IMG/VR virus record: IMGVR_UViG_3300017785_008744
Span: 1 to 32,433 of that record
Origin: a virus
Lineage: Duplodnaviria > Caudoviricetes
Length of the DNA stretch: 32,433 bases
Direction: 5' to 3' (one strand)
In this document: in pieces, positions 9,413 through 17,399 of the stretch
How the letters are laid out: every line of letters begins with the position of its first letter
Position numbering within the stretch: the first letter of the stretch is position 1
Notes under the pieces: generated by a model
Database searches by the model: none
The model's input: only the letters and a program-made list of their open reading frames with translations
Told to the model about the DNA's origin: nothing
Translations under genes and position numbers: made by a program

Positions 9413-9673
9413 TCAATATCCATCAATAATTTGCATATATTGCACACTGTCCAAATTTATATAACACCAGATACTATTTTGTACATCCCAAGCTGCAATA
9501 TAGTTTTTATTTTTTTCATGAAATTCTTTTTCTTTTTTTTGTTCATTTAGATCTTGAGTATAAGATTTAGGCAAAAGATCTTGTTTTAAAGTGCACCTTA
9601 TATTTTGTTTTCCAAATGTAGTTTCAATAACATGATTGCGTAAATCTTTTAATACATCATCTCTATTATACAT
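9413..9673 (-). CDS. WYL-like/SH3-fold (DUF2693-type) protein, diverged paralogue
   Basis: CTL..DLLP...AWDV....W pattern shared with 31540..31851. Confidence 0.6.
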   Translation of the reverse strand: MYNRDDVLKDLRNHVIETTFGKQNIRCTLKQDLLPKSYTQDLNEQKKEKEFHEKNKNYIAAWDVQNSIWCYINLDSVQYMQIIDGY

Positions 9674-9676
9674 TTT

Positions 9677-9940
9677 TTACATTTCCTCAATTAACAATTT
9701 TTGTGTTTTATTTATTGATTCGTTCAATTTTGTTTTTAATTGTTCATAACCGCCGATATAAAACCCATCAATTACTATTGCAGGAAATGTTTTTGCGGTT
9801 GGAAAATTTTCCAATAAAAATTCTCTAGTGAAATCTTCATTTAGTTTCATTTCAACGAAACTAAACCCTTTCATAGACAAAAAACTTTTAGCATTGACAC
9901 AGTATGGACAATCGTCCTTTGTGTAGATTATTATGTTCAT
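9677..9940 (-). CDS. Glutaredoxin (NrdC-like)
   Basis: CPYC; TFP.I; IGGY; start moved to MNIIIY at the ATGA overlap. Confidence 0.92.
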   Translation of the reverse strand: MNIIIYTKDDCPYCVNAKSFLSMKGFSFVEMKLNEDFTREFLLENFPTAKTFPAIVIDGFYIGGYEQLKTKLNESINKTQKLLIEEM

Positions 9941-10035
9941 GACAAACGAACTTTCCAATATTCCTCAATATCTTTTTTAGAATTTGGATCATATCCATTA
10001 ATGGTCATATCATAAGTTACCATAAGTTCAAGCAT
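9937..10035 (-). CDS. 32-aa small protein absent from the ORF track (MLELMVTYDMTINGYDPNSKKDIEEYWKVRLS)
   Basis: GAGGAGA SD; directly after a sigma70 promoter; stop overlaps the glutaredoxin ATG. Confidence 0.7.
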   Translation of the reverse strand: MLELMVTYDMTINGYDPNSKKDIEEYWKVRLS

Positions 10036-10054
10036 ATATATCTCCTCTAATACT

Positions 10055-10083
10055 AGTATACTATCTTTTCAAATATTTGTCAA
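10055..10083 (-). promoter_or_regulatory. Sigma70-type early promoter
   Basis: TTGACA-17 nt-TATACT. Confidence 0.85.
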
Positions 10084-10805
10084 GTTTTAATATAACTTGC
10101 TTTAATTTTTTGTTTCTCTAATATCTCAAATCCATTATCGAAAAGAATTTTCTCAAACTTGTCGTGATCATACATCCAAATATCGTCAAAGACATAAACT
10201 GAACCTTTTACTGATCTTGGAAGGAAAAAATCAATTTCTTCTTGAAGTACTGCATTAACATGAGGACCATCGAAAAATACAAACGCATATTGATTTTCGA
10301 GTTTCTTAAATTCTTCATAAACAGGAACACCATCAGCATAACGTTTGAAAAACTCAGTATCTTCTAAACAGAAAAAAGTAAAGTTTAAACCACGTTGGTA
10401 AGCATAATAATAAAGAGAAGGTATAATGCGATTACGCATGTCATTAGTGTAATCAAATTTCTTCACAAAATTTTGATCTTTTGATTGTGGATCGCCTGTT
10501 AATTCATGTTGTCCTGGATAATGTATTGATGCACTAAGATTAGTAATCTCTAAATCAATATTTCCATATGGGTCAATACAAAACATTGAACGATTTGTAT
10601 CACCGTTTGACTCTAATCCATCAATTATAATTTTTGCAGAACCACCACGTCTTGTTCCAATTTCTACAACTGCACCTTCAACGCCTTTAATTTTTTTGGC
10701 AGCGTTAAAAAGAATTTCATATTCTTGTGAATCGGTTGCAAAAACTTCTTCATCGCTAAAACGAATAACACCCATATTACTTAACTCCTCATTAATAAAA
10801 ATCAA
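10080..10805 (-). CDS. Class I SAM-dependent methyltransferase (Methyltransf_24/TylF-like); start may be 10775
   Basis: VEIGTRRGGS; IDPY; FFDGPH; FDD. Confidence 0.82.
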   Translation of the reverse strand: MIFINEELSNMGVIRFSDEEVFATDSQEYEILFNAAKKIKGVEGAVVEIGTRRGGSAKIIIDGLESNGDTNRSMFCIDPYGNIDLEITNLSASIHYPGQHELTGDPQSKDQNFVKKFDYTNDMRNRIIPSLYYYAYQRGLNFTFFCLEDTEFFKRYADGVPVYEEFKKLENQYAFVFFDGPHVNAVLQEEIDFFLPRSVKGSVYVFDDIWMYDHDKFEKILFDNGFEILEKQKIKASYIKT

Positions 10806-11355
10806 CTATTTCATCGGCTATGCCGTATTTTACCGCTTCTTTTGCTGTCAACCATACATCTTCAGGTGGCAACAAATATTTCTTAATATCTGTTTCAGAC
10901 ATACCAGTACATTTTTTGTAATGCTCGATAATTCTTTGTTTTGTGTTGTCGAATTCTTTAACGGCTGCAAATAATTCGTGTTCTTTTCCGACAGTACCCC
11001 AAAAAAATTGGTGAGAAAGGATAGAGGTGTTTCTTGTGATAAATCTTTTACCTGCTTCACCAGCTATAAACGTCAGCAAACCACAGCTTGCTATTTGTCC
11101 TAATCCATATGTATATATAGGTACTCTAGAACCTTTTATTGTGTCTAAAAGCGCAAAAGTTGAGCAAACATCTCCTCCTGGAGAATTTATTAACAATTTA
11201 ATTTGTTTTGGTTTATTTTTTGGCATTAAATTTCTCTCTAAGATAAATTTAATGAGATCACCTGATGATTTCGAATCAAATTCTTCATTGAACAGATAAT
11301 AATGATGATCACCAATGGTTGGTATAGATAAATTTTTATCTTCTTTTTCTGTCAT
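10792..11355 (-). CDS. clpP: ClpP-family protease subunit
   Basis: INSPGG; GQIASCG (Ser); SHQ (His); DVWLTAKEAVKYGIAD. Confidence 0.9.
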   Translation of the reverse strand: MTEKEDKNLSIPTIGDHHYYLFNEEFDSKSSGDLIKFILERNLMPKNKPKQIKLLINSPGGDVCSTFALLDTIKGSRVPIYTYGLGQIASCGLLTFIAGEAGKRFITRNTSILSHQFFWGTVGKEHELFAAVKEFDNTKQRIIEHYKKCTGMSETDIKKYLLPPEDVWLTAKEAVKYGIADEIVDFY

Positions 11356-11366
11356 AATATTCTCCT

Positions 11367-11393
11367 AAAATGGTGGGGAATTGATCCCCACCA
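11367..11393 (-). terminator. Intrinsic terminator after rlpA
   Basis: 9-bp stem TGGTGGGGA/TCCCCACCA followed by TTTT on the minus strand. Confidence 0.75.
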
Positions 11394-11401
11394 AATTTTT
11401 G

Positions 11402-11752
11402 TTAAAGTTTTTCAATTTTCACAAAACAAATACCAATTTCTACACACCCAATTTTATCTGCTGCAGCTTTAGAAAGATCTAATATTCTACCTTTTATAAA
11501 AGGACCACGATCGTTTACTGTTACAATTACCGAACGATTATTGTGTGTAACTCTTAATTTAGTATTGAAAGGTAAAGTACGATGAGCGGCAGTTAATGCA
11601 TTCATGTTATATATTTCACCACTAGCAGTTTTGCGACCATGATAAGGAATTCCATACCAAGATGCTATTCCAATTTCATCTGCATTAGAATATGTTGTCG
11701 TATTACACAACATATATATTGCCAATAGTAACGAAAATATTAATTTAAACAT
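11402..11752 (-). CDS. rlpA: RlpA-like lytic transglycosylase (DPBB domain), secreted
   Basis: G.ASWYG; TASGE; TAAHRTLPF; VNDRGPF; DLS..AA. Confidence 0.92.
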   Translation of the reverse strand: MFKLIFSLLLAIYMLCNTTTYSNADEIGIASWYGIPYHGRKTASGEIYNMNALTAAHRTLPFNTKLRVTHNNRSVIVTVNDRGPFIKGRILDLSKAAADKIGCVEIGICFVKIEKL

Positions 11753-11760
11753 TAATACTT

Positions 11761-12096
11761 TCTCCTTTTTTTAATTCGTAAGGAGAGAATTAAATTCTCA
11801 ATTTGTTTGATTAAAAAATCGAACAACTTACGTTGTTGAATTAATCTCATCTATTCGCTACAATAATTTTAAAAATGAAAATGAGACGCGAATATGCATT
11901 ATTTTACAATGCAATTTTTATTTTTTATTATTTTTTTAAATTTCCTTTTTATGATTTGCATAATAATAAAATATTATACATAAATCTAATACAATTAATT
12001 GATTGTATTTGATAAACTATTTTTGGAATACAGTTTACCCTTAATGAAAAATTCATTTTTTCATTAGCGATAATATTTAGGAAAAATAGTTTATTA
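11761..12096 (-). promoter_or_regulatory. Inverted-repeat-rich non-coding region; putative structured leader of rlpA
   Basis: At least seven inverted repeats, including an anti-SD pairing (see findings). Confidence 0.45.
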
Positions 12097-12110
12097 GTTT
12101 TGGCATAAAA

Positions 12111-12203
12111 TTATTTCTTTCTATTTTTTCTCATTGCTTTACGTTTTTTTGAACCTATTTTACGACGTCCTTTACGAGGTCGGTTTTTATGAGGATGTGA
12201 CAT
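12111..12203 (-). CDS. 30-aa highly basic peptide absent from the ORF track (MSHPHKNRPRKGRRKIGSKKRKAMRKNRKK)
   Basis: GGAG SD 7 nt before ATG; immediately downstream of the tRNA. Confidence 0.7.
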   Translation of the reverse strand: MSHPHKNRPRKGRRKIGSKKRKAMRKNRKK

Positions 12204-12220
12204 ATTTTACTCCAATTATT

Positions 12221-12297
12221 TGGTGCCTACGGTCAGATTCGAACTGACACTACGGAAATTTTAAGTCTCCTGACTCTGCCTGTTGGTCTACGTAGGC
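12221..12297 (-). tRNA. tRNA-Leu(UAA), 77 nt, encoded CCA
   Basis: Acceptor stem GCCTACG/CGTAGGC; anticodon loop CTTAAAA; T-arm GTCAG-TTCGAAT-CTGAC; discriminator A then CCA. Confidence 0.93.
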
Positions 12298-12303
12298 AAA
12301 TTA

Positions 12304-12711
12304 TTATTCTAATTTAATGTGGCTTCTGTGAACTCTAACTCTGATTTGTTCATTGTACCAATTATCTGGATTTTCTAAAACAGAGTGTTGAAATTGAAGT
12401 TTTGCTTCAATATAATTGGCCGTACCTCGAGATTTGCAAAATTGAAGAATCTCTCTTTTAAATTTAGTTGGATTCATCGACTCGACGTCGGCAAGTAAAT
12501 TTGTGTTTGAACCATAATAATCTCGCCAATCAGATTCTGTGATTATTTTCTTTTTGCGAGTTTTCCCTTTAATCGTTTTAGAGCGAATTTTGGTAAGTAA
12601 TTTTTTACCAATATATCGTTTTTTATTTTCTAAATTTGTTATCAAATAAACGAAAGCAACATAACCTTTTGTATCTTCATCTGTTACTTCTTTATCTTTA
12701 TATAACCACAT
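12304..12711 (-). CDS. GIY-YIG endonuclease (T4 endonuclease II/Seg-like, single domain)
   Basis: FVYLITN....RYIGKK; Y.GS; REIL; E; YN; position after nrdB matches T4 denA. Confidence 0.85.
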   Translation of the reverse strand: MWLYKDKEVTDEDTKGYVAFVYLITNLENKKRYIGKKLLTKIRSKTIKGKTRKKKIITESDWRDYYGSNTNLLADVESMNPTKFKREILQFCKSRGTANYIEAKLQFQHSVLENPDNWYNEQIRVRVHRSHIKLE

Positions 12712-12743
12712 ATCGGGAACTCCATTATCTCCCGATATTTATG
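12710..12743 (-). promoter_or_regulatory. Late-like promoter overlapping a start-codon-sequestering hairpin
   Basis: CATAAATA at 12743-12736; 9-bp stem ATATCGGGA/TCCCGATAT with GGAG in the loop and the AT of ATG in the stem. Confidence 0.65.
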
Positions 12744-12747
12744 GTGG

Positions 12748-12996
12748 TTAATTTTCATCGTATTCATTCCAATTTTCTGATGCTTCTAAATCGTCTTTAT
12801 CTGGATGAAGTTCGAAATAAGCATCATCATATGCACGATCTTCATCTAAACATTCAAATAATGTATCACAATCATTACTTTCAAAAAATTCAATTAAGTC
12901 TTTGTAAATTTCAACTCGAGTTTCGTATTCTGTAATTGTTCTTTTTAAAATTTGAATGATTTCTGTAAGTATTACATTTCCATTATTCCAACTCAT
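12748..12996 (-). CDS. Acidic hypothetical protein
   Basis: GAGGT SD; intact ORF between nrdB and the nuclease. Confidence 0.65.
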   Translation of the reverse strand: MSWNNGNVILTEIIQILKRTITEYETRVEIYKDLIEFFESNDCDTLFECLDEDRAYDDAYFELHPDKDDLEASENWNEYDEN

Positions 12997-13039
12997 TTTT
13001 TACCTCTTTTAAATTTTAATGTTTATTTTAATTAGCTTT

Positions 13040-14143
13040 TTACAAAGAAAATCCTTTAAAACTTTCAGTGTTTACATCTTTTTTAACTCCACCAACAACA
13101 TAAGATGTAATTTCTGTTTCTTGAGGAGCCACTTGAACATCTGAACCACTAATCCATTTCTGAGTCCATGGAAGTGGATTAGAGCCACCCTTATATGGCG
13201 AAGGCAGACCAACAGCTATCATTCGTTTGTTGGCAATCCATTCTATATAGTCACTCAAAAGTTTTTCGTTTAAACCGATCATCGAGCCATCCTTAAACAG
13301 ATAATGTGCCCAAGCCTTTTCTTGGTTAACTGCATCAACAAAAATCTTAATAGATGCATCTTTAGTTTCTTCAGAAATCTTAGCAAAATCAGGATCATCA
13401 GTCAAAAGAACTTTTAATAACTGCTGTGTTCCAGCAAGGTGTAGGTTTTCATCACGTGCAATAAACTTAATAATTTTTGCATTACCTTCCATTTTTTTCA
13501 ACTCTGCGAATGCCCATGAGCAAGCAAAGCTAACATAGAAACGAACACCTTCAAGAACATTAACCGACATAAGAGTTAACCAAAGATATTTCTTATGCTC
13601 ATATTTTGCCTCTTCATTGACATACCCACGATCAGCAACAGAGTTATTGAACATGATCAAGTCATTGTAACACTTGCTAATATCTTCAGCGCAATCAATA
13701 ATTTCTTGAATATCAGTTATTTCATCGAAAATTTTGCTAGGATCAGAATAAATGTTTCTGATAATGTGAGTATAACTTCTAGAATGAATTGTCTCAGAAA
13801 AAGCCCAAGTAAGTATCCAATTTTCGAGCTCGGGAAGAGAACATATTGAACCAAAAGCTACAGTTGGTGCTCTTCCTTGAACAGAATCTAACAAAATTTG
13901 ACGTTTAAGATTACTGGTAAAAATATGTTGTTCGTGTTCTGTTAATGACTTAAAATCTTTAGCATCTTTGAAGATGTCAACTTCTTCAGGTCGCCAAAAG
14001 AAACCTAACTGTTTGTCAGTTAGTTTCTCAAGGAAAGGATATTTCTGTTTATCATAACGTGCAATAGTAGGAGCGTCGTCAAAAAACGCTCGAACTTGTG
14101 TTGCATCTTTTTTATTATTTGAGTCAAAAACTGAATAACTCAT
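13040..14143 (-). CDS. nrdB: Class Ia ribonucleotide reductase beta subunit
   Basis: FFWRPEEV; LDSVQGR; ETIHSRSY; LEGVRFYVSF; RDENLH; VAPQE.EI..Y; start at the ATGA overlap with nrdA. Confidence 0.97.
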   Translation of the reverse strand: MSYSVFDSNNKKDATQVRAFFDDAPTIARYDKQKYPFLEKLTDKQLGFFWRPEEVDIFKDAKDFKSLTEHEQHIFTSNLKRQILLDSVQGRAPTVAFGSICSLPELENWILTWAFSETIHSRSYTHIIRNIYSDPSKIFDEITDIQEIIDCAEDISKCYNDLIMFNNSVADRGYVNEEAKYEHKKYLWLTLMSVNVLEGVRFYVSFACSWAFAELKKMEGNAKIIKFIARDENLHLAGTQQLLKVLLTDDPDFAKISEETKDASIKIFVDAVNQEKAWAHYLFKDGSMIGLNEKLLSDYIEWIANKRMIAVGLPSPYKGGSNPLPWTQKWISGSDVQVAPQETEITSYVVGGVKKDVNTESFKGFSL

Positions 14144-16440
14144 ATTTTGCACGCCTCACAATCATCTTGTGTTTCCTCACCTTTTACCAAATTTGGTAAC
14201 TTTTCTTCATATTCACCAGCACCATCATTTGTATTAAAGTAATACAACTGCTTGCCGCCATACTTATAAAACATTAATAGATGCTGCAACATAACACTCA
14301 TTGGAATCTTTTCTTCTTCATAAAATTTAGGATTATAAGAAGTGTTTACCGAAATACCTTGATCAATGAATTTTTGTAATACTGCAACAATCTTTAAATA
14401 ACCTTCAGGTGACTTTTGATCCCAAAGTAGGTCATATTTATTTTTCAATTTACGAATTTCAGGAACAACCTGCTTTAAAACACCATCTTTGCTTTGTTTA
14501 ACTGAAACAAGAGAACGAGGAGGTTCAATACCATTTGTAGCATTGCTGATCTGAGCAGAAGTTTCAGAAGGCATAAGTGCCATTAATGTTGAATTACGAA
14601 TGCCATACTGTTTTGCATTTTTGCGCAAAGAGTCCCAATCGTAATTATACCCTACATTTGTCAATTCGTCAACATCTTTCTTGTAAGTGTCGATCGGCAT
14701 GATACCTTGAGCATACTTAGTTTCATTTGATTTAGAAGGTGCACCCTTTTCTTTAGCAAGATCAACAGATGCTTTGATCAAATAATATGACCAAGCTTCA
14801 GCGTGTTGGTGGAGCTTATTCAAACCATCAGTATCAATATCCTGATAGCTGATATCATTGCGAGCAAGCCAATAAGCGAGGTTAATAATGCCAACACCAA
14901 GGGGACGTCTTGCCATAGTTGAGTTTTTTGCTGCTAACACTGGATAATCTTGATAGTCAAGAAGTTCATCTAGAGCACGAACAACAAGAGTGCAAGGACG
15001 TTCGAAATCAGAAAGCTCGCGAATCTTACCCCAATTAATGGCCGCTAATGTACACAACGAAATTTCACCGTTTGGATCATTAATGTCATTTAATGGCTTT
15101 GTTGGAAGGTCAATTTCTGAACAAAGATTTGATTGGCGGATTGGTGCTAACTCTTTGATAAAAGATCCATGATCATTAGCATGATCAACATTCATTAAAT
15201 AAATTCTTCCTGTATCTTTTCTTTCTTGCATAAATGCAGAAAATAAATTAACAGCAGATATAGATTTTTTTCTAATTTTGTTAGATTTTTCATATTTTTC
15301 ATAAAGATCGCGAAATTTGTCATTATCTATAAAAAAAGCATCATACAAATCAGGCACATCATTAGGGCTAAACAAAGTGATATTACCACCAGATAAAAGT
15401 CTTTCATACATTAATTTATTAAATTGTACACCATAATCTAAATGACGGATACGATTATTTTCTGTTCCTTTATTATTTTTTAATACAAATAAATCTTCTA
15501 CTTCAAAATGCCAAACTGGGTAATAAAGAGTTGCTGCACCTCCACGGACTCCACCTTGTGAGCAACTTTTAACTGCAGACTGAAAATGTTTGTAGAAAGG
15601 TATAACTCCTGTATGGCTTGTATCACCATTACGAATAGGAGACCCAACAGCACGTATACGACCAGCACCGATTCCAATACCAGCTTTTTGTGAAACATAT
15701 TTTACAATTGCTGAAGCAGTTGCATTAATTGAGTCTAAAGAGTCATCTGTCTCAATCAAAACGCAAGAACTAAATTGTTTTTGAGGACTTCGTAAACTTG
15801 CCATTATAGGTGTAGGTAACGATATTTCAAAATTAGAAATTGCATCATAAAATTCTTTTACCCATTTTAATCTATTTTCTTTATAATTATGAAATAAAGT
15901 CATTGCAATTAGCATATAAGTCATTTGCGGGGTTTCATAAATTTGTCCCGTAACTCTATTTTTAATTAGATATTTACCTCGAAATTGTTCCATTCCTACA
16001 TATGCGATTTTATAGTCGCGAGAGTGGTCAATAAAAGAATTAAGAATATCGTAATCTTCAACAGAATACCAATCTATTAAAGATTTATCATAATACCCTT
16101 CAGAAATAATATTTGTAACATGTTCAAAAATACTAGGAATATCATACGAACCATAAACCTGTTTTCTGAGATGGTAGTTGATCAATCGTCCAGCAACATA
16201 TTGATAACCAGGATTTTCTTCAGAAATAAGATCAGCTGCTGCTTTTATCAAAGTTTCTTGAATGTCTGAAGTTTTAATATCATTATACACTTGAAGTTGA
16301 GAACGAATTTCTATTTCAGACTCAGAAACACCACTAATACCTTCACAAGCCCACGCAACAACTTTGTGAAATTTATTAAGATCTAGTTGTTCCTTTGAAC
16401 CTTTTCTTTTTGTTACAAAAATTGTTGCTGGTAAAATCAT
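14140..16440 (-). CDS. nrdA: Class Ia ribonucleotide reductase alpha subunit with ATP cone
   Basis: VTKR.G ATP cone; PTP; SSC; QSNLCSEI; LCTL; MPSETS; C-terminal CEAC; GAGG SD before 16440. Confidence 0.97.
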   Translation of the reverse strand: MILPATIFVTKRKGSKEQLDLNKFHKVVAWACEGISGVSESEIEIRSQLQVYNDIKTSDIQETLIKAAADLISEENPGYQYVAGRLINYHLRKQVYGSYDIPSIFEHVTNIISEGYYDKSLIDWYSVEDYDILNSFIDHSRDYKIAYVGMEQFRGKYLIKNRVTGQIYETPQMTYMLIAMTLFHNYKENRLKWVKEFYDAISNFEISLPTPIMASLRSPQKQFSSCVLIETDDSLDSINATASAIVKYVSQKAGIGIGAGRIRAVGSPIRNGDTSHTGVIPFYKHFQSAVKSCSQGGVRGGAATLYYPVWHFEVEDLFVLKNNKGTENNRIRHLDYGVQFNKLMYERLLSGGNITLFSPNDVPDLYDAFFIDNDKFRDLYEKYEKSNKIRKKSISAVNLFSAFMQERKDTGRIYLMNVDHANDHGSFIKELAPIRQSNLCSEIDLPTKPLNDINDPNGEISLCTLAAINWGKIRELSDFERPCTLVVRALDELLDYQDYPVLAAKNSTMARRPLGVGIINLAYWLARNDISYQDIDTDGLNKLHQHAEAWSYYLIKASVDLAKEKGAPSKSNETKYAQGIMPIDTYKKDVDELTNVGYNYDWDSLRKNAKQYGIRNSTLMALMPSETSAQISNATNGIEPPRSLVSVKQSKDGVLKQVVPEIRKLKNKYDLLWDQKSPEGYLKIVAVLQKFIDQGISVNTSYNPKFYEEEKIPMSVMLQHLLMFYKYGGKQLYYFNTNDGAGEYEEKLPNLVKGEETQDDCEACKI

Positions 16441-16441
16441 T

Positions 16442-16735
16442 TTATTCCTCGTAATTAATTTTGTTAACAAAATTTAATTTCTGTTCTTTTGACCACATTT
16501 TTAAATATTCATTATCTTCATCAAACATCTTTAAATATTCTTCTTCAGTAATTTCACGGTGAGATAAAATTATCGAAGGATCTAAAGACTTTTGTGAAAA
16601 TTCTGCAAAATTTTCAGAATCATGTTCTTTTAAAGTAACCTCATCAAGTGCATGATTTATGTTATCTTCTACTTCTACACAATATCGAATGCGAAAATGA
16701 TGTAAAACGTCAACCATTACCATTTTTTTAGTCAT
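16442..16735 (-). CDS. Hypothetical protein
   Basis: In-operon ORF with AGGAG SD, overlapping the thyX end. Confidence 0.65.
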   Translation of the reverse strand: MTKKMVMVDVLHHFRIRYCVEVEDNINHALDEVTLKEHDSENFAEFSQKSLDPSIILSHREITEEEYLKMFDEDNEYLKMWSKEQKLNFVNKINYEE

Positions 16736-17399
16736 TGTTTAATATCTCCTTTAGTGAAAAAAATTGACCTACAATAATACCCCAACACATATTTGCTACT
16801 TCTCTATGTTCTTTCTGAGTTCCGTTTGCCATGCGTAATTCACAATAATGTATCCATGAACGTAATGATCCCGACATATACATGCGTGACATAGTTAGAC
16901 CTTCAGGAAGAACCACCCTAGCTTGTTCTTTAGCGATACCATTTTCAATAGCCCATTTATATGCTAATTTAGATTCATGAGCAATTTGTTGTTGTTTAGC
17001 AGTCCAACTATTTGATAAATTTTCGTTAACCGTTTCAATTGAGTTTTGTCTGTTTTTAGAATCTTGAAGACGGGCTTCACGGGTAACAAATGATGTACTA
17101 TCAACTTCAGCATAACGCTGACTAAACTCTTGAAATGCAAACGAGCGATGACGTAAAATTTGTCGAGCAATATCGCGAGTAGTTTGAATTTCCATAAGAA
17201 CATGTACCATTTCAAATGGACTCCAGTGTTTATTGTTCTCAAGATATTTGAGAAGACGTGCATACTCTGGATTATTTTGATTTGTAGGATTAGAAACTCT
17301 TGCAACATATGCAACTAATTGTTCAGCAGTTTCAATACCAAGTTCCTTTTTGATTTGTTTAGATGGCTCTGTAATGCCAATTAATTTAACTGTATTCAC
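16728..17399 (-). CDS. thyX: Flavin-dependent thymidylate synthase
   Basis: ARVSNP; HWSPFE; RHRSF.FQEFSQRY; AR.VLP; TQKEH. Confidence 0.96.
   Translation of the reverse strand: MNTVKLIGITEPSKQIKKELGIETAEQLVAYVARVSNPTNQNNPEYARLLKYLENNKHWSPFEMVHVLMEIQTTRDIARQILRHRSFAFQEFSQRYAEVDSTSFVTREARLQDSKNRQNSIETVNENLSNSWTAKQQQIAHESKLAYKWAIENGIAKEQARVVLPEGLTMSRMYMSGSLRSWIHYCELRMANGTQKEHREVANMCWGIIVGQFFSLKEILNND

Noticed and set aside
13040-17399. Introns or inteins in nrdB, nrdA or thyX
   Set aside because: ORFs are continuous and of normal length
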